Part shown: positions 13,801 to 27,600 of the stretch, in pieces
Position numbering within the stretch: position 1 is the first letter of the stretch
How the letters are laid out: each line of letters opens with the position of its first letter
Source: Ruditapes philippinarum
Taxonomy: Eukaryota
NCBI RefSeq assembly: GCF_026571515.1
Contig: NW_026853814.1
Span: forward strand, 1 to 64,000
Reading direction: 5' to 3'
DNA: 64,000 nt
The notes under the pieces: model-generated
Database searches by the model: none
What the model was told of the DNA's origin: nothing
What the model saw: only the letters and a program-made list of their open reading frames with translations
Translations under genes and position numbers: made by a program

Positions 13801-15289
13801 AAAGGTGTAAAAGTATAAAAAAAAACATCACTGCAAATATGTGATGACACAACACGTCAGTATACGGCTGATAGCAGCAAATGTACATGAAAATGACTAT
13901 ATTGCAACCAAAAATGTTATTGGTATACTGATTTTTAATTAGTTTTGTTCGGTACGAAATAAATATATGTAAATAAACCCAATTTATTAATTGTACAAAA
14001 TTAAATAAACAGATATCTAAATTTTTAAATCTGTCGTTAAGTACCCTAATCACAAAATCAAAGACATATGCTCCTTGAAAGACAACATGTGAACACACAT
14101 TTCACACACATTTCAATTATTGAATATCTCCTTTAAATTCTCTGCTTTGAAACTACATTATACTTAATTTTGTCCTTCGAAGGCTCTTTATGCCTCATAA
14201 ATGCTGTCACTTTTATTTCTAAAGAACACTATCTATTTTAAGTATTTTGCTGCAGATTCCAAAATACACTCATTTGCCATATACATGAACTTCCTTTCCT
14301 TCTTTTGCTCTGTTGGCAGTTGGTATATATATATATTTTATGGAAGCCAAATACTACTTTGTTCACATTTTGCTACCATGACGACACATTACTGCATATT
14401 CAGTTCTACTGTCTTCAGCTATTAAAAATCTAATATAATATAAATCATTATTTAACACATCTTTGACATATGAATTTTCTTGCCATTAACTGATGTATTT
14501 CAATATATGTATTGTGCAAGTAAGTAGCCCTTAGAATAATATTTCAATGTGAATTTACAAAAACATAACGGAAAAGTAAATGACTGTTTTATGAAAACTG
14601 TACGAGGCCTTGCATTTCATCAATAATGTGGATAACTATCATATTCCATTGCTTTTTAAGAAAACCATCTTTAAATATATATAGATTAATAAGAAAGCTT
14701 CAATTGGCATGTTTATTTTCAATTAACAAATATAAATTCCTGATAAATGATATGAATTGATAATGAATATGTCATAATCAAATTACCTCTGGTAGAATTG
14801 TATGTTTGGTTTATCTTAAAGTACATTTTGATAACAGTTATCTGTAGCTATCTCGTATGAAGACCTGTGAATATGCTGCAACAAGTTTGGTTCAATGCAT
14901 GCTTAGAAAAATTTGGGCATGCATTCGACATGATTTCTGGTACATTGCGCACTTTCCACTGATGAATCTGATGGTAAATTGGGGACTAATTTCTCAAAGT
15001 CATCAGTTCATACTTAAACAAGTTTATGCAATTAATAATATTATTAATTAATTAAATGTATTTCATTGATAATGTAGCTGTTAGAAGTTGATTTCCTTGA
15101 ACAAGAATCTTTATTACTTATTGCTCGGTACTGGTGTATTTCAGAAATATATTCTTAGGTGTGCCTACCAGTTTCACACAATCGAACTGAAATAATTTCT
15201 TATTATGTTAAGACCTGTTTATAAAACAAAACTATAAATTAATACCTAGATGATTTGCAAGGATGCTTGAAGCTTCATATCTTTAATAT

Positions 15290-15810
15290 CACTCAAACAT
15301 CAATTTACCAATTTATTTTTGAACATGTTATCTAAATCGTGCATTGAAGTGAACTCCAGGCGTATTTATATGTCTGGTGAAAATCTTCTGAAATCATATC
15401 GTTGATTATATCTTTACAGCTATAATGCATGTATATTCATGTCCTTATTATTACAAATCAATTATGTTATTTCAATGAAGAAGTGTTGCAATATTGATGG
15501 TTGCTACTACTCCTGAGCACAAGGGCGGAGTGATGAACTATATGGACCTATCATACAACCATCAAATATTCATTCACCAATTTACTTTTGAACATGCTAT
15601 CTAAATAGTGTATCGTAGTAAAGTTCAATCGTATTTATATTTATGATGTAAACTCTTTAATAATAAATAACAGCTTTTGTTATTTTTACGTCCTTATTAT
15701 CTAAATTCAATTGTGTTACTGCAATGAAGTAGTGTTTCAAAAATTGATGTTTTTATTACACACTTGAGCACGAATAAAAAGTATTGAATTATATGGATCT
15801 ATCATTTGTC
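15290..15810. repeat. Diverged tandem duplication, about 270-bp unit x2
   Basis: ACCAATTTA.TTTTGAACATG.TATCTAAAT and GAA.TATATGGA.CTATCAT each occur twice in register. Confidence 0.8.
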
Positions 15811-16075
15811 GGTGACCCGGCCTAAACTTAGGACAACCGTGTTTACAATTTTAAATGTAAGAAACTGTTCTGAATTTCATCAAAATTGTCTCTGTTTTTC
15901 TTAATAACATCTGAAACAATATATGAAGCTGAGGTTCAAAAACTTGAAAACAAGTAAAATAACAACCTTTGTTTACAGTCTTGAAACTAAATCAATTTGA
16001 TCTGTTCTAAATATTTTTAATGTATTTCTACCTTTATAAAGCTCAAATTAAATATGTTTATTCGAGCTAAAAAAT

Positions 16076-16857
16076 TTGTTTGGGTCAAATCCAAGGGAGT
16101 GTTTGGTACAATTTTTAATCTATCATGTTTTAATTGGAATTTTTATGTTGATAGCATATAGGAAATGTGTCAAAAAGTAAATCACAAATAAGATCTTTCT
16201 TTGATGTATATTTCGTTGAAAATAACATTTTAAAGTGGTTACATTTATATTTTACATCGAAAATATGGGCAGGAAATCAAAGACCTTGCAAAGCAAAACG
16301 CACCATGGGCATCAATAAGGTCATGCATGTATCTGTTTTAACCAATCAAGGTCCTACTATTCAAATTGTCGTACAAAGGGTTAAATCTTTAAAAGTCAAG
16401 TTTTGCAAAGGCTATGTCCTTCTGAAATTAATAAAATATTTCAAAAACCGTCGACAAACAACTGGTCTCCGTGGTGTCAGGTTGTTGTATGACAATTCTG
16501 CGTCACACAAAGCGACCATTGTAACAGGAAAAGGTTGTCGCGCTTACTCACCCTCCTTATTCGCCAGATCTTGCCCCTTGTGACATTTTCCTATTTCCGG
16601 CACTCAAAAAAAACCTTATTGGAAGCAAATACCAAACGCGAAATATTTCGTATCGGCAACTAGTATTTTCCAGTGTCTGAACAGTATTCTTCGAAAAAAA
16701 AATGAAAATGCATTCAAAAAATGGTTTAAAAACCCAAAACTTTGTTTATCACATGGTGGTGAGTATTTTGAAGGATTGAAATAATTATTTTTGGCATTGT
16801 TTGTTAAGCACTTATGAAAATTTGCACAGTTGCTATCATATTTGAACACCCATCGTA
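16076..16857 (+). mobile_element. Mariner-type transposon remnant (transposase pseudogene plus probable right TIR)
   Basis: KYFKNRRQTTGLRGVRLLYDNSASHKA, then a frameshift to HPPYSPDLAPCDIFLFPALKK; ends TTTGAACACCCATCGTA. Confidence 0.85.
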
Positions 16858-19800
16858 TCAGTGATGTCTTCAGTTCAATAACTGATGTTGAAGAAAATGA
16901 TCATGTTTTATATGAATAACACATATAATCAAATGAATCTATAAGTATCTAATTACAAAAGGAGACAAACAGGCAAAAGAATGGCTATATGTATCACATG
17001 ATTAACTATGATTAAAATGCTGTTAATGGTGTGCATGCAATGAGATGAAACATTAGACAATTAATGACTGGAATTATTGCATGCATATAGGACTTTTTGT
17101 TGTTTACTACAGACGGACAAATTCAATGATGTCTTGATGAAGGGAAATCTGGATTCTGATGAGAAAGTGATACAGAAGCATTACAAAGTTGTCCTTGAAA
17201 TATTAAATATTTGTCCTCTCACTTTTTTGCTTTTTATATTTATAATAACTAAATACTATCTGTCATTTTTAGTTGCTATAAACAATATATTTTTAGAAAT
17301 ATTGCCCAACTGTCCTTTCATGATTCCGCAATGACACACGGCAGGTAAAAGTGATTTTTTGTCAAAATAAGAATAAGTAAACTATTTACAAAATAGCACC
17401 ATAAGCGATATTGAATGTTTGCAAAACATTCCCAGTATTGACATTTAGGCTCGTGCAAACAAGTAACAGTACACAACATAGATATGTTTAAACAACAGTT
17501 ATTCAATGCATGTGACAATGAAATAACGAAATGAAGTTTTTGCCGGGAAAGGTCCTTCTTTTTAAGCATCAATGCTATAAGGAAATTTACCAACTTAGTA
17601 TTGGTTTTCCCAGGGTTAAAATTAGAGACCGCATCGCTTTCAAAATTATGAAAGCTTGCCGATGATTAGCTGTGTGAAAGGTCTCCAGAAATGACTTCGT
17701 ATTAGGTTACGGTCAGATCTAAAAGCGGAGATATATTAAGAGCTGATTTTAATTAGATTGAGATGACCGTGGCATTCTATTTCATTTCCATGTGAAACTG
17801 GAAGTGATTGGTGGAGGGCTTATATGGATTGAAATAAAATGGGGTATGAACATTTTACATTTATACACATGTATTCTTTCAAACATGTATAAAACCTAAA
17901 CTACAGGTGAACTGGTAACAGTAAACACCAATCAAATAGAAGGTACATGAAAGCACTGTTAAGACCACTTCCGACGTATTTCAGGCACAAAGGCTCCATA
18001 GTGTGAAGGTCATATAGCGAATTGATGTGGAGGGCAGAAGTAAAAGGCATTAGTTTCTTCTATAAGTTCTTTGACCTGATAAAATCTGTACAAACTTTAA
18101 ACAAACGTAATCAGGAAACAACAATGCATGTGACAACAATGCTATTTAGCCATGAGCTACCTCCAACAACCCCTGTTTAGTGTCAAAAGAAGAAGACGAT
18201 AAAAGCATATCTCTGAAAAAACGTTAGCTGCACTGTCAGAAATGATTTTCGAGTCAAGTTTGTCTAATGAACAAGAACCGGATACGCCGACAAACCCGAC
18301 TTTACCAGAAATAAACTTTGATCTTTTGGGAGCTGCAACGTGTCAAACAACCAAAATATCAAGTACGAGTACATCAACTTCTAAGATACGTACATCAAAC
18401 GCATTGAAGATTTTAGCCCATACGGAAAGAAAACAACCATCGAGAGGAGAATAGCATTTTAATTCGGCTTTATAGTAAATATTTGAGTGTCGATATCACA
18501 TTAATTTTACATTTCACTTTCGTCTAAAACTATTTATTTTTATATAAAGTGCTTATCAAATAAATAAATTATGTACGACGACATTTGTTCATGTTCGAGA
18601 AAACTCACATTGTAGGCAAGATTATAATTGTTTTCAAATAAGCAAATCTGTAAGATAATAATTTGATTTTAGTGATTAAATGTGAAGTTAACATATATCT
18701 TCTTCATAAAAAAACAGTTCTGATGTTATTTAGCAGGCAAATTATTGGAGAATGTCGCATAAGGTATCAACCACTCGGTCAACGCTACAAGGTACGTTGA
18801 ACGAGTTCATTATCTGAAAAAGCGATTCATAAAAACTGCTTTTGATGTTGTCCTGCTTATATGAAATGTTGCACTTTCCATAATGTTTCATATCCAGACT
18901 CAATAAAGTCGGGTCTGCAATTTTGAACTATTGAGTACTGGTGTTAATGTTTTTGAGGGATCTTCCTTTTTCAGATTGTTTATACAAGTCATGCAAATTC
19001 AGTTCTGTGTGATAGTTGTAAATAGTTCCCCTTTCTACATGGTGTGCATTTCGAATCTTTTACCTTGTTAAGATTATTTGACGCTATACACATAACCAGG
19101 TACATTGTTTTTGTATGTTTTTTATACTCATTTAATCGGTATGTTAAAAAGTAAAACGAAACACTTGACTCACGATTTCAATGCAAATCTTCCTCAAAGT
19201 GTGTTATTTTACATTGATTTCATATTTTGAAAATTTTGTTTTAATGTTTTTTTGAATCTCTTAAAAGGGGCTATTTCATATCCTTTGACAGAAAAAAAAG
19301 AAAATTGCTTTTAAGATATCAATTCAAAGTTTCAATACAACAAAAATTTGTTATATATTTATATGTGAGTAAAATGTATGATGTTTATATACATGTATAT
19401 TATAAATTCATGATTTTATGTTTGCTTTGACATGTCTGCATTTTCCTAAACATATATTTTGTTGATTTATCAAGAAAATGACTAGCAAAAAAACGTTTAT
19501 TTTTACTTTATACTTTTATAAAAAATAAACGCATATACATGTACATCGTAATTGAGATTCTATTTAATAATTGGATACAGATAAAAAAGCAGTTTGAAAA
19601 ATCCCTTTTACCGGTGCTATCAAATTGGAAAATCGTATGTGTAATCTACAGAACAGGAAATTAACTAACACAAATTAACATCTATCAATTGATAAAATTG
19701 TTTCAAAGTGCAAAACATAACGAAGGAAGAAATCGTATAATTCAATACAAGTGCAGCTTTTTCAGATTGTGTTTGAAAATCTTTAGGTTTATCAGATAAA

Positions 19801-21174
19801 AACAGTTGAAAATATGCCTGATGTACAGAGATCTTAAAAATGTACACTCTTTTAATCACATTTTTATACAAAGGTGACTCCTATTATAAAGAACTATAAT
19901 TTTATTTGTTTTAATAACCTTGATGATACAGCAAAAAAGGTATTTAGTAATACATGTACAACTAGAAAAAGTTAACAGCTGTGACAGATGAGTTCAAGCC
20001 AAAGGGAACAATGATGCGTCATCAGCGTAGATAATGAAAATGATAAATGGTAGAGACAAAATTAAAAATATTCGTTCAAGTGCAACATTTATGCTCCTTA
20101 TTATAAACCAACACAAGTAAAGGCATTATCAACATAAGAAAACAGAAAGGCTACTGATGTTACACCTATTGCGAATTCTAAAGAATTGGAGACAGTTTCA
20201 GCTTGATTTACTGTAGCCATGTGTTAATCCAAATCAATAAATTAACAAATTATAGCTTTTCTCATAACTAATGATCTAAATAAAGCACTCTAAATGCTCA
20301 AAATCGTAATTAAATTTTATAACAAACCGCAGCCGTCTGGTAATCTTACTTCTGGGCAGGGAGGTATTGATTAGTCTTCAAACTTTATTAATTGCACTTT
20401 CATTGCAAGTCTATGTGTTCAATATCCACGGTTCCACGGTTCCTTTCAATGATCAGCTTTCAAAGACAATCATTGTTTGTGCCGAGTAAATGTCGTAAGC
20501 ATTTGCATTTGCAATGAACATTCTATTACAGATGTTAAACTTTGATTTCCGATCCTTAAATATCGTTCTGCATGACAATATTGGTGTATTTGTTGTATTT
20601 AAGCACTTTCTGATTGTCTTTTTATCTAGTTTAGATTTTTCAGTATTCCTTATTTAAATTTTGTTCATCACCTTCAGGTTATGTTGTTTGCTTTTAGATT
20701 TGTCGTTTGCCAGCTTATCTGTCATACGCAGACTTCATAACCTCTGATCCTCTTTCCAAATTCTACTCTATTCAGTTTCGCAAATTGTCTTTGATCAGGG
20801 GACATGCATTTGATATTTTGGTACCAAAAGCCGTTTTGTTATGGCATAGCACTTACGTTCAATGTTAAATGCCGTATGAACACATCTGTGGATGCTTCTA
20901 AATTCAGAAGTTTACCAGTTTATGTCGAATTCTGCTCAAGCTGGCGCAAGAAGGCGTAAACGGAAGCTTTACTTTTCCAGTACCGTTCACTGGAACATAC
21001 GTCTAAATTCAACCGATCCTGCAATATTTTAAATTTTGCCATTTTAGACGTTCTTTAGGGATTCCGTTTTAATCATTTACATAAGATGCATTAAAATACA
21101 CTCAAGTCAGTTTGTTTATGATTTTTTCTGTTTGTTGGTCATTTATTGCTATTGAAAAGAAACTAAAATATATT

Positions 21175-21420
21175 GGGGCGTCCGTTGCCGAGTGAATAAT
21201 GTCATTGACTACAAAACCACTTGCCCCTTACCGCTGTAGGTTCAAATCCCGCCAGGAACTTATTTTTCCATTTGAAGAAGCTATATAGCTACATGTAGCT
21301 AACGGAATGTCGGGGCTTCTACACAGGTACCCGCCTCCGTCTGAAATAATGCAAAAGTAAAGCTAGAAAGTCGCCATATGACCTCTACTGTGTTGTTGCG
21401 ACGTAAAATTCAACCATAAA
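21175..21420 (+). mobile_element. SINE family 1, internally deleted copy
   Basis: GGGGCGTCCGTTGCCGAGTG...GGTTCAAATCCC...AAAGTCGCCATATGACC. Confidence 0.85.
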
Positions 21421-24134
21421 CATGTTGCTACCAAAATATGTTTACGTCTTGTAACTAGGGGAATAAGTTTTACGGACGATTAAGTGTCACTTTACGTTTT
21501 TAACTTATTTTTCATATGAATATTTCAAAGTGGTACATGTTTTCCTGTTTATCTTGGTCTACATTAGTCACATTGTGTAATTGGGATATTTAAGTTGACG
21601 CCTGCACGCTTTAGATTAAGGATACATCATAAAGTTATTTCTATTTTCTCTATGTTACAAAAAAATGCAAATTGTTAATACAACAAAAATTCAATTGTTG
21701 TACTACCAGAGTATTTAGGTCGTTTTTGTAAACACTCATTAAAACAGATAAGAAAAGTGTACGTTATGTAGGTAAACCATTTATCATAAATCTCCTTCTA
21801 ACCATTTAAACGAACTTTTTGTACTTATTCCGTGTAAAGGTATATTGGGTAGACCACTGTTACAAAACTGCTAAACATTTAATACTTTCGTGCAAATCTA
21901 TAAAATTCTATATTTGACAGATTGTGATATAAAACCTTGATCAATCAATATATAAAGTGTGATTGAACCGTACTTTGAATAAACGTGTTCAAGACCTTAA
22001 CTTGAAAGAAATTATTGCTGCTTGGTAAATGTTGCTTTCATTTAATTTGTCTGCAGAAAATAATGAATGTTTTATGTTTGGCTTTTATCCATAGACTCCT
22101 TACTGTTATTGTTAAGACGATAAATGTAATTCTTTCATTATTTGTGAAGCATAGCAGCATGCTTGTAGTAAAAATGAGAATTTCTTGACTGTTCGTCTAT
22201 TTCATCTTTCTACAATAAAATGTTTTATAGTTTCTATTAGGTACTGAATTGCAAGAAGTTATAATCATTGCATTTTTTTCGATAACTTGGCGAAATGAAA
22301 AAGTGTCAACTTATTACCTTTCTCGTTTGTCATACCAAAGCCTGAAATGATCGCCCATGTTCATAAAATCTGCATTCATAAATTGTTCACTACACATGTC
22401 TACTCTGATGTTATTGTAAAAGGGACATTGGACTAAAAAGTGCTTTTTTCATCTTCTATTTTATTATCGGTACAAAACAAAAAAATTCTCTGCTCTGGTG
22501 TTTCACTGATATAACGTCCAGTTTCAATCCTTTACGGGAGAATGCCACACCTAAATTAAGATAACATTGATCTTGCATTTTTATTCAAATATACATATGT
22601 CTAAATTGACAGAGTGTACGTTGTGAAAACAAATTCAATACATTTATATTAAAGTTATTTTACACATGCATCCATTATATATCTTAAAGGTATAAAAATA
22701 ACATCAACGTGAAAAAGAAAGTTTCTTTCAGTGTCCTGTAAAATGAGATCATTACGCACAGATCGTAGTGATATACAATTTTAAGTATTTCATTTGCCTT
22801 AGTTAGTTATAAAAGATTAAATGTCCTGCAAAATGCCACCATTTTGTCCAAATTGAAGGGATGTGATGTAATATTTTACGTATTTTAGTACTTAATATTA
22901 TGTATACGTTATGAAATTGTTGTCCTGTTAAGTGCGAGCATAGTTCCCAAATATCAGTGATATGAAGTGAAATGTGTCGGTGATTTTTACGTAATATGAC
23001 TTTATAAAAATTGAATGTCCTTTAAAATTAAGCCATAAGACCAAATGTGCAGTGATATGTTTATCCAAATCAGTGTTTATTAGAGCAATTTTATCTGTAC
23101 AACTTTATCTGTATTAAACAAATTGAAGGATATATATATCATAGTGTAAACAAATGAATAAGTATCTTATCTTATAAATCGTAGTTCGTTCTAGGTTAGT
23201 TTTTGTTGTAATTTTATTTTATGTAAATTCAATTTCCTATACTCGGTGACGTATTTCATTCTGTTATGTAAATCATCAGTTGAAATTAAGACTTGAAATA
23301 AAAGTGAAAAATTAATCCAGTTTGCAGACATCAAAACATATTTCTGCCCAGAAGTTAACTAAACAGATGGTTACGGAGTGTTAATAAATTTTATTACAAT
23401 TCAAGGAGTGTTACCGTCAAAACAGATAGGATAAGAATAGGTATAAATTAAGCTATAATGTATTGCATTTAGATAACAAATTGTAGTAAAGAGGGAAATA
23501 ATTTGTAGCTACAATTATTTATCAGTTTGATCTTGTTAAAATGCATTTCATGATGATAAAATTAATGGGATAAATGTTGCACTCAAAGCTAATTTTTATG
23601 CACACAATACATGCTTACAGTTCTTCTTTGCACCATCATGGCAGATCATCTCTATTAATTTAATATGATCTGCAAAAGTTATCAAATTTGCTTATATTTG
23701 AATACCCAAGTGCTCTTACGTTTTAAGAGCTATTCAAAGACTCAGTCTATTGTAATGTGTCTTCATGTTTTGTGTAAATTAATGATTAATTATACAATGG
23801 ACAAGCAATATGTGTAATATATTATTAATGTATTATAAATTACCCAAAAAGTTACTAAAATCTATGAACTGACTACAAAACAGGCAGATATATCATTAAA
23901 TGAAATACATGTTCAACTTTTCTTTGCACTTTACCTAAGGCGCCCTGATTCCTTGATATCTTTAATCTGTTTTCAATTACTCAATACAAATTATAACAGA
24001 CACACCTTTAATTATCGAATGTAATTATGTTGTTTACATGATTTAACCATTATACATAAAATTCACATTACCAGGAATATGAAATCATTAAATTTAAGCA
24101 GGAAATTCCGTTTATAAAAATATCTTGTTAATAT

Positions 24135-24612
24135 AATGTTAATAATTAAGTGTTTTCATAATGGCCTTGTAATTAACAAATATGCCTGAGGCCAAAGGCT
24201 GAAGGCTAATATAACACTCTTAAGCCCAATAACAAGCCCATTATGAAAACACTTAATTATTGACTTTTTTATTAATTAACTACACATCTTAAAAGGTTAA
24301 GTACTTGGTGAACAAAAAATAACTGATGCAAAATCCCGTTGTTGTGAGATATGGCAAATGAGATTCTTGTTCAAAAAATGTATCGGAAGCCTACCTTGCA
24401 GCAATTCAAAATGGCGACGTTTTCAATGAATAAAGATTCATAATGGCCGACCTGGAGAGCCAGTCAAAATTTTCCAATCTTATAATAGCCGAACTTTCCT
24501 ATAAAGGCCGTACTTTTTTCATAATGACCTTGTTCCATAATGCCGTGATGAACTTCATATTAGCCTTACATTTGAAGTGAAAACGTCCCTAATAATGAAA
24601 AATTGATTAATA
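24135..24612. mobile_element. Non-autonomous insertion specific to duplication copy 1
   Basis: Absent at the paralogous site (about 35588). Contains the inverted repeat AATAATTAAGTGTTTTCATAATGG / CCATTATGAAAACACTTAATTATT. Confidence 0.7.
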
Positions 24613-27600
24613 AATGGTGTTAATATTAACACTGCACAAAAACCATTTTATTATGCATTTGTAAATAAAATGAATAGTTTGATTTTTTTCTTATTATAAT
24701 TATTTATATGAAATATGTTTTCTAAATGATGCACATGTACATTTTCACAACAAAACCGTCGGATACAACATTGCAGTACATGTTATATTTATAAATCCAG
24801 ACAACATGCAAGTCGTGATATCAAGCAACAACCTTGCTCACATCCGTCTGTACAAAACAACAAAATGTTTTTTGTTTAAGCACGAAATTCTGTGACGATG
24901 TGTCTGAAATTTAAAAAACAACTGAACATAAAACAATAACTACATTTAATTATCGTCATTTGGTGACTTTATTTTATTTTTTCATTCGTTATATTTAATG
25001 TCTTTGATCATTTGAAAATAACACTAGTCAAATTAAATTTGTTGTTTAAGTTTATATAAAAACGTTCCACTTGCCATCATGTTTTATATTCTGAAATGCA
25101 TGGCATTAAATAATTGTTATACAGTCTCCGGCACCATTGATTCTAAATCCATAGTTATGGTAATCATTCATGAAATCTTGAAAAAAGAAAACATCAACAA
25201 CAACAAAAAAAACACACACACAAACAAATGATGACGCTTGATTACCGTTATTATTTTCATCATAATGTCTAACCATATGGCAAATCTTACGGATAAAACA
25301 TCATTACTATTGCTGCATTTTTGCAACAGGTTACTATTGCTGCAGCAAACATCGAAATTTTGAAAGATTACTGTTCACATATTGTGTTTTTTACATACCA
25401 TTAATAGTCATCTTCAAGCACCACGTAGAATAATATTGTGTAACTCAAAGACCGGTGAATCTGATTCATTCTTTTAAAATATTGACTTATGCTGCAGGAA
25501 TGTTTTTCTTAACCTATTCCAAAAAAATAAACAAAAATGTCATGATTTCACTTTCGCAAACAACACCAAATTATGCGTATCTCATAAAACTAATGAAATG
25601 AGACCATCCAAATTATAAAAACCACAATGAATGCAAATTGGATCAGTACATTGTTTACAAAATTGCATAAGAGTTTTCAAAAGTTCCGAGCAAGATCAAC
25701 AACATATATTCACAGCGATAATAAGACTAAGAAAAGACAGACCACCGAAAGTGTGTTACGTCAGACAGATCAGAAATCAATTAAAGGACACAGAATATTG
25801 ACACAAATATGTGGACCCTAGCTATTGATTAAAGAGGATATGAATGGAATAAACGCCTTCATGGTGAGATAATTTTATTGAATCACGTTGACGTCAAAAT
25901 GACTTGCACCGCTCCATATGTACTGCATTGTTTAAAATGTCTGTCTTGTTAACGTATATCATTGAATGTATACAATTGTGCTTGTAATTTAGAAGCATAT
26001 CGAATTGTAGTATATACGTTTATTCGAATACAATATGACGATTTGTTTTTATTCCATTAGGGGCAAATCCTGCAAATACCACTGCACACTTTTTTGTTGT
26101 TTTGTTGTTGGTGTTGTTGGAGTTGTGCTTGTTTGATTACAAGTGTTCTTCGCTATAAGTATTTCATTATTCTTTCAAATGAATATTAATTTATAAAGTT
26201 TGTTGTTCAGAATTAAGTCATTTAGTAAGAACTTTTTACTTTAGTTAATGACGACACCGGATTCACATTCATTAGAGTATTATGATGAAATTAGAAAAAG
26301 TATAAATATTAAGAGCAATTACAAATAAAAATGGAGTGACTCTTTTATTGGTCATAATGTTTCAAAGGGTACATTTGTATTGTTCTTCTAACGAAAACCA
26401 AACGAAACCAAACGAAACTAAATATGGAAAGAAAAACAAAATATACAATAATTAAAAGAATAAAAACCAATCAAATGCAGATTTAAAATGTTTTACTTCG
26501 TAACACATAACAAACACAACAAGATAAAACAGAAAGAAGTAAATCTCTCTCAAGAAAGATACAAATTGATAATAAGTACCTAAATAATTAACAAAATACA
26601 AATTTGTAGATGAAATATGTTGTTTTATGCCTTTGACATTCAACTGAATAATCAACACTTGATATTTGGCAATAATTAAGTAATTTTCCTAAGCTTCTCA
26701 TTCAATACCTCTGAAGATATCTTAATTTTCCTGTCCATGTGGATAACATCAGTAGAATTATATATCTTATACTTATATAATCATTCGTTTGTGAGCTTCA
26801 ATCATTTGAAAATGTATTTCATCATTGAAATGTCATGTAAAGGATTTATCACCCACGATGTTGCTTCTGATACATATTATAGAAAAAAATCATCTTTTGT
26901 CGGAAGGGGGTATTCCATATTTTCTCCAAGTAGGTTATCATAAATTGTCTAGACGAAATATCATTTTCGTGGTACGTAATTTTGTAACATATTCTTACAA
27001 TTATAGATAACTGATGCTGTCTTTATTTGAAGTGATACAATCTAATGATTAACTTAAAGAATTGCAATTACTTCATGAAGTAGAAAAATTTATGATTGCC
27101 ATATCTCAATTATAAACACAAAGCTTCAGGCCAAAAGTATATTTTTCTTGATATGATATTAAGTCTTGAAGCTTTACAATCTAAAAATACCGTGACATGA
27201 TATCATACAATTATTTTGAGATTGACCTGAATCATGATAAGCAGTGGTCAAAAATGACTTATGAAATATTTCAAACATTTTGTAAATAAACAGTAGAACT
27301 GTTGATCTTATCCAGAACAATAATTTTTTAAAAGTCAATCATTTACATTAAATGCAACGTTTAAGAAATGCTATACACAAATAATAATAAGGGGAGATCA
27401 GAAAAACAATAAAAAGCTAAAAGGGCATAATACTCGTAGTAAAAAAACTGTTTTAGTTAGCAAATTACCAAGGAGTAACGTTTGGTTTTTGTAATTTATA
27501 ATCATTTATTTAATTTTACCTTAAAATTATAGTGCTTTTAAAATCAATTTTGTAACCAGATTTTGATGGGGTTAAATTTATTAACAATGTTTTAAAATTT

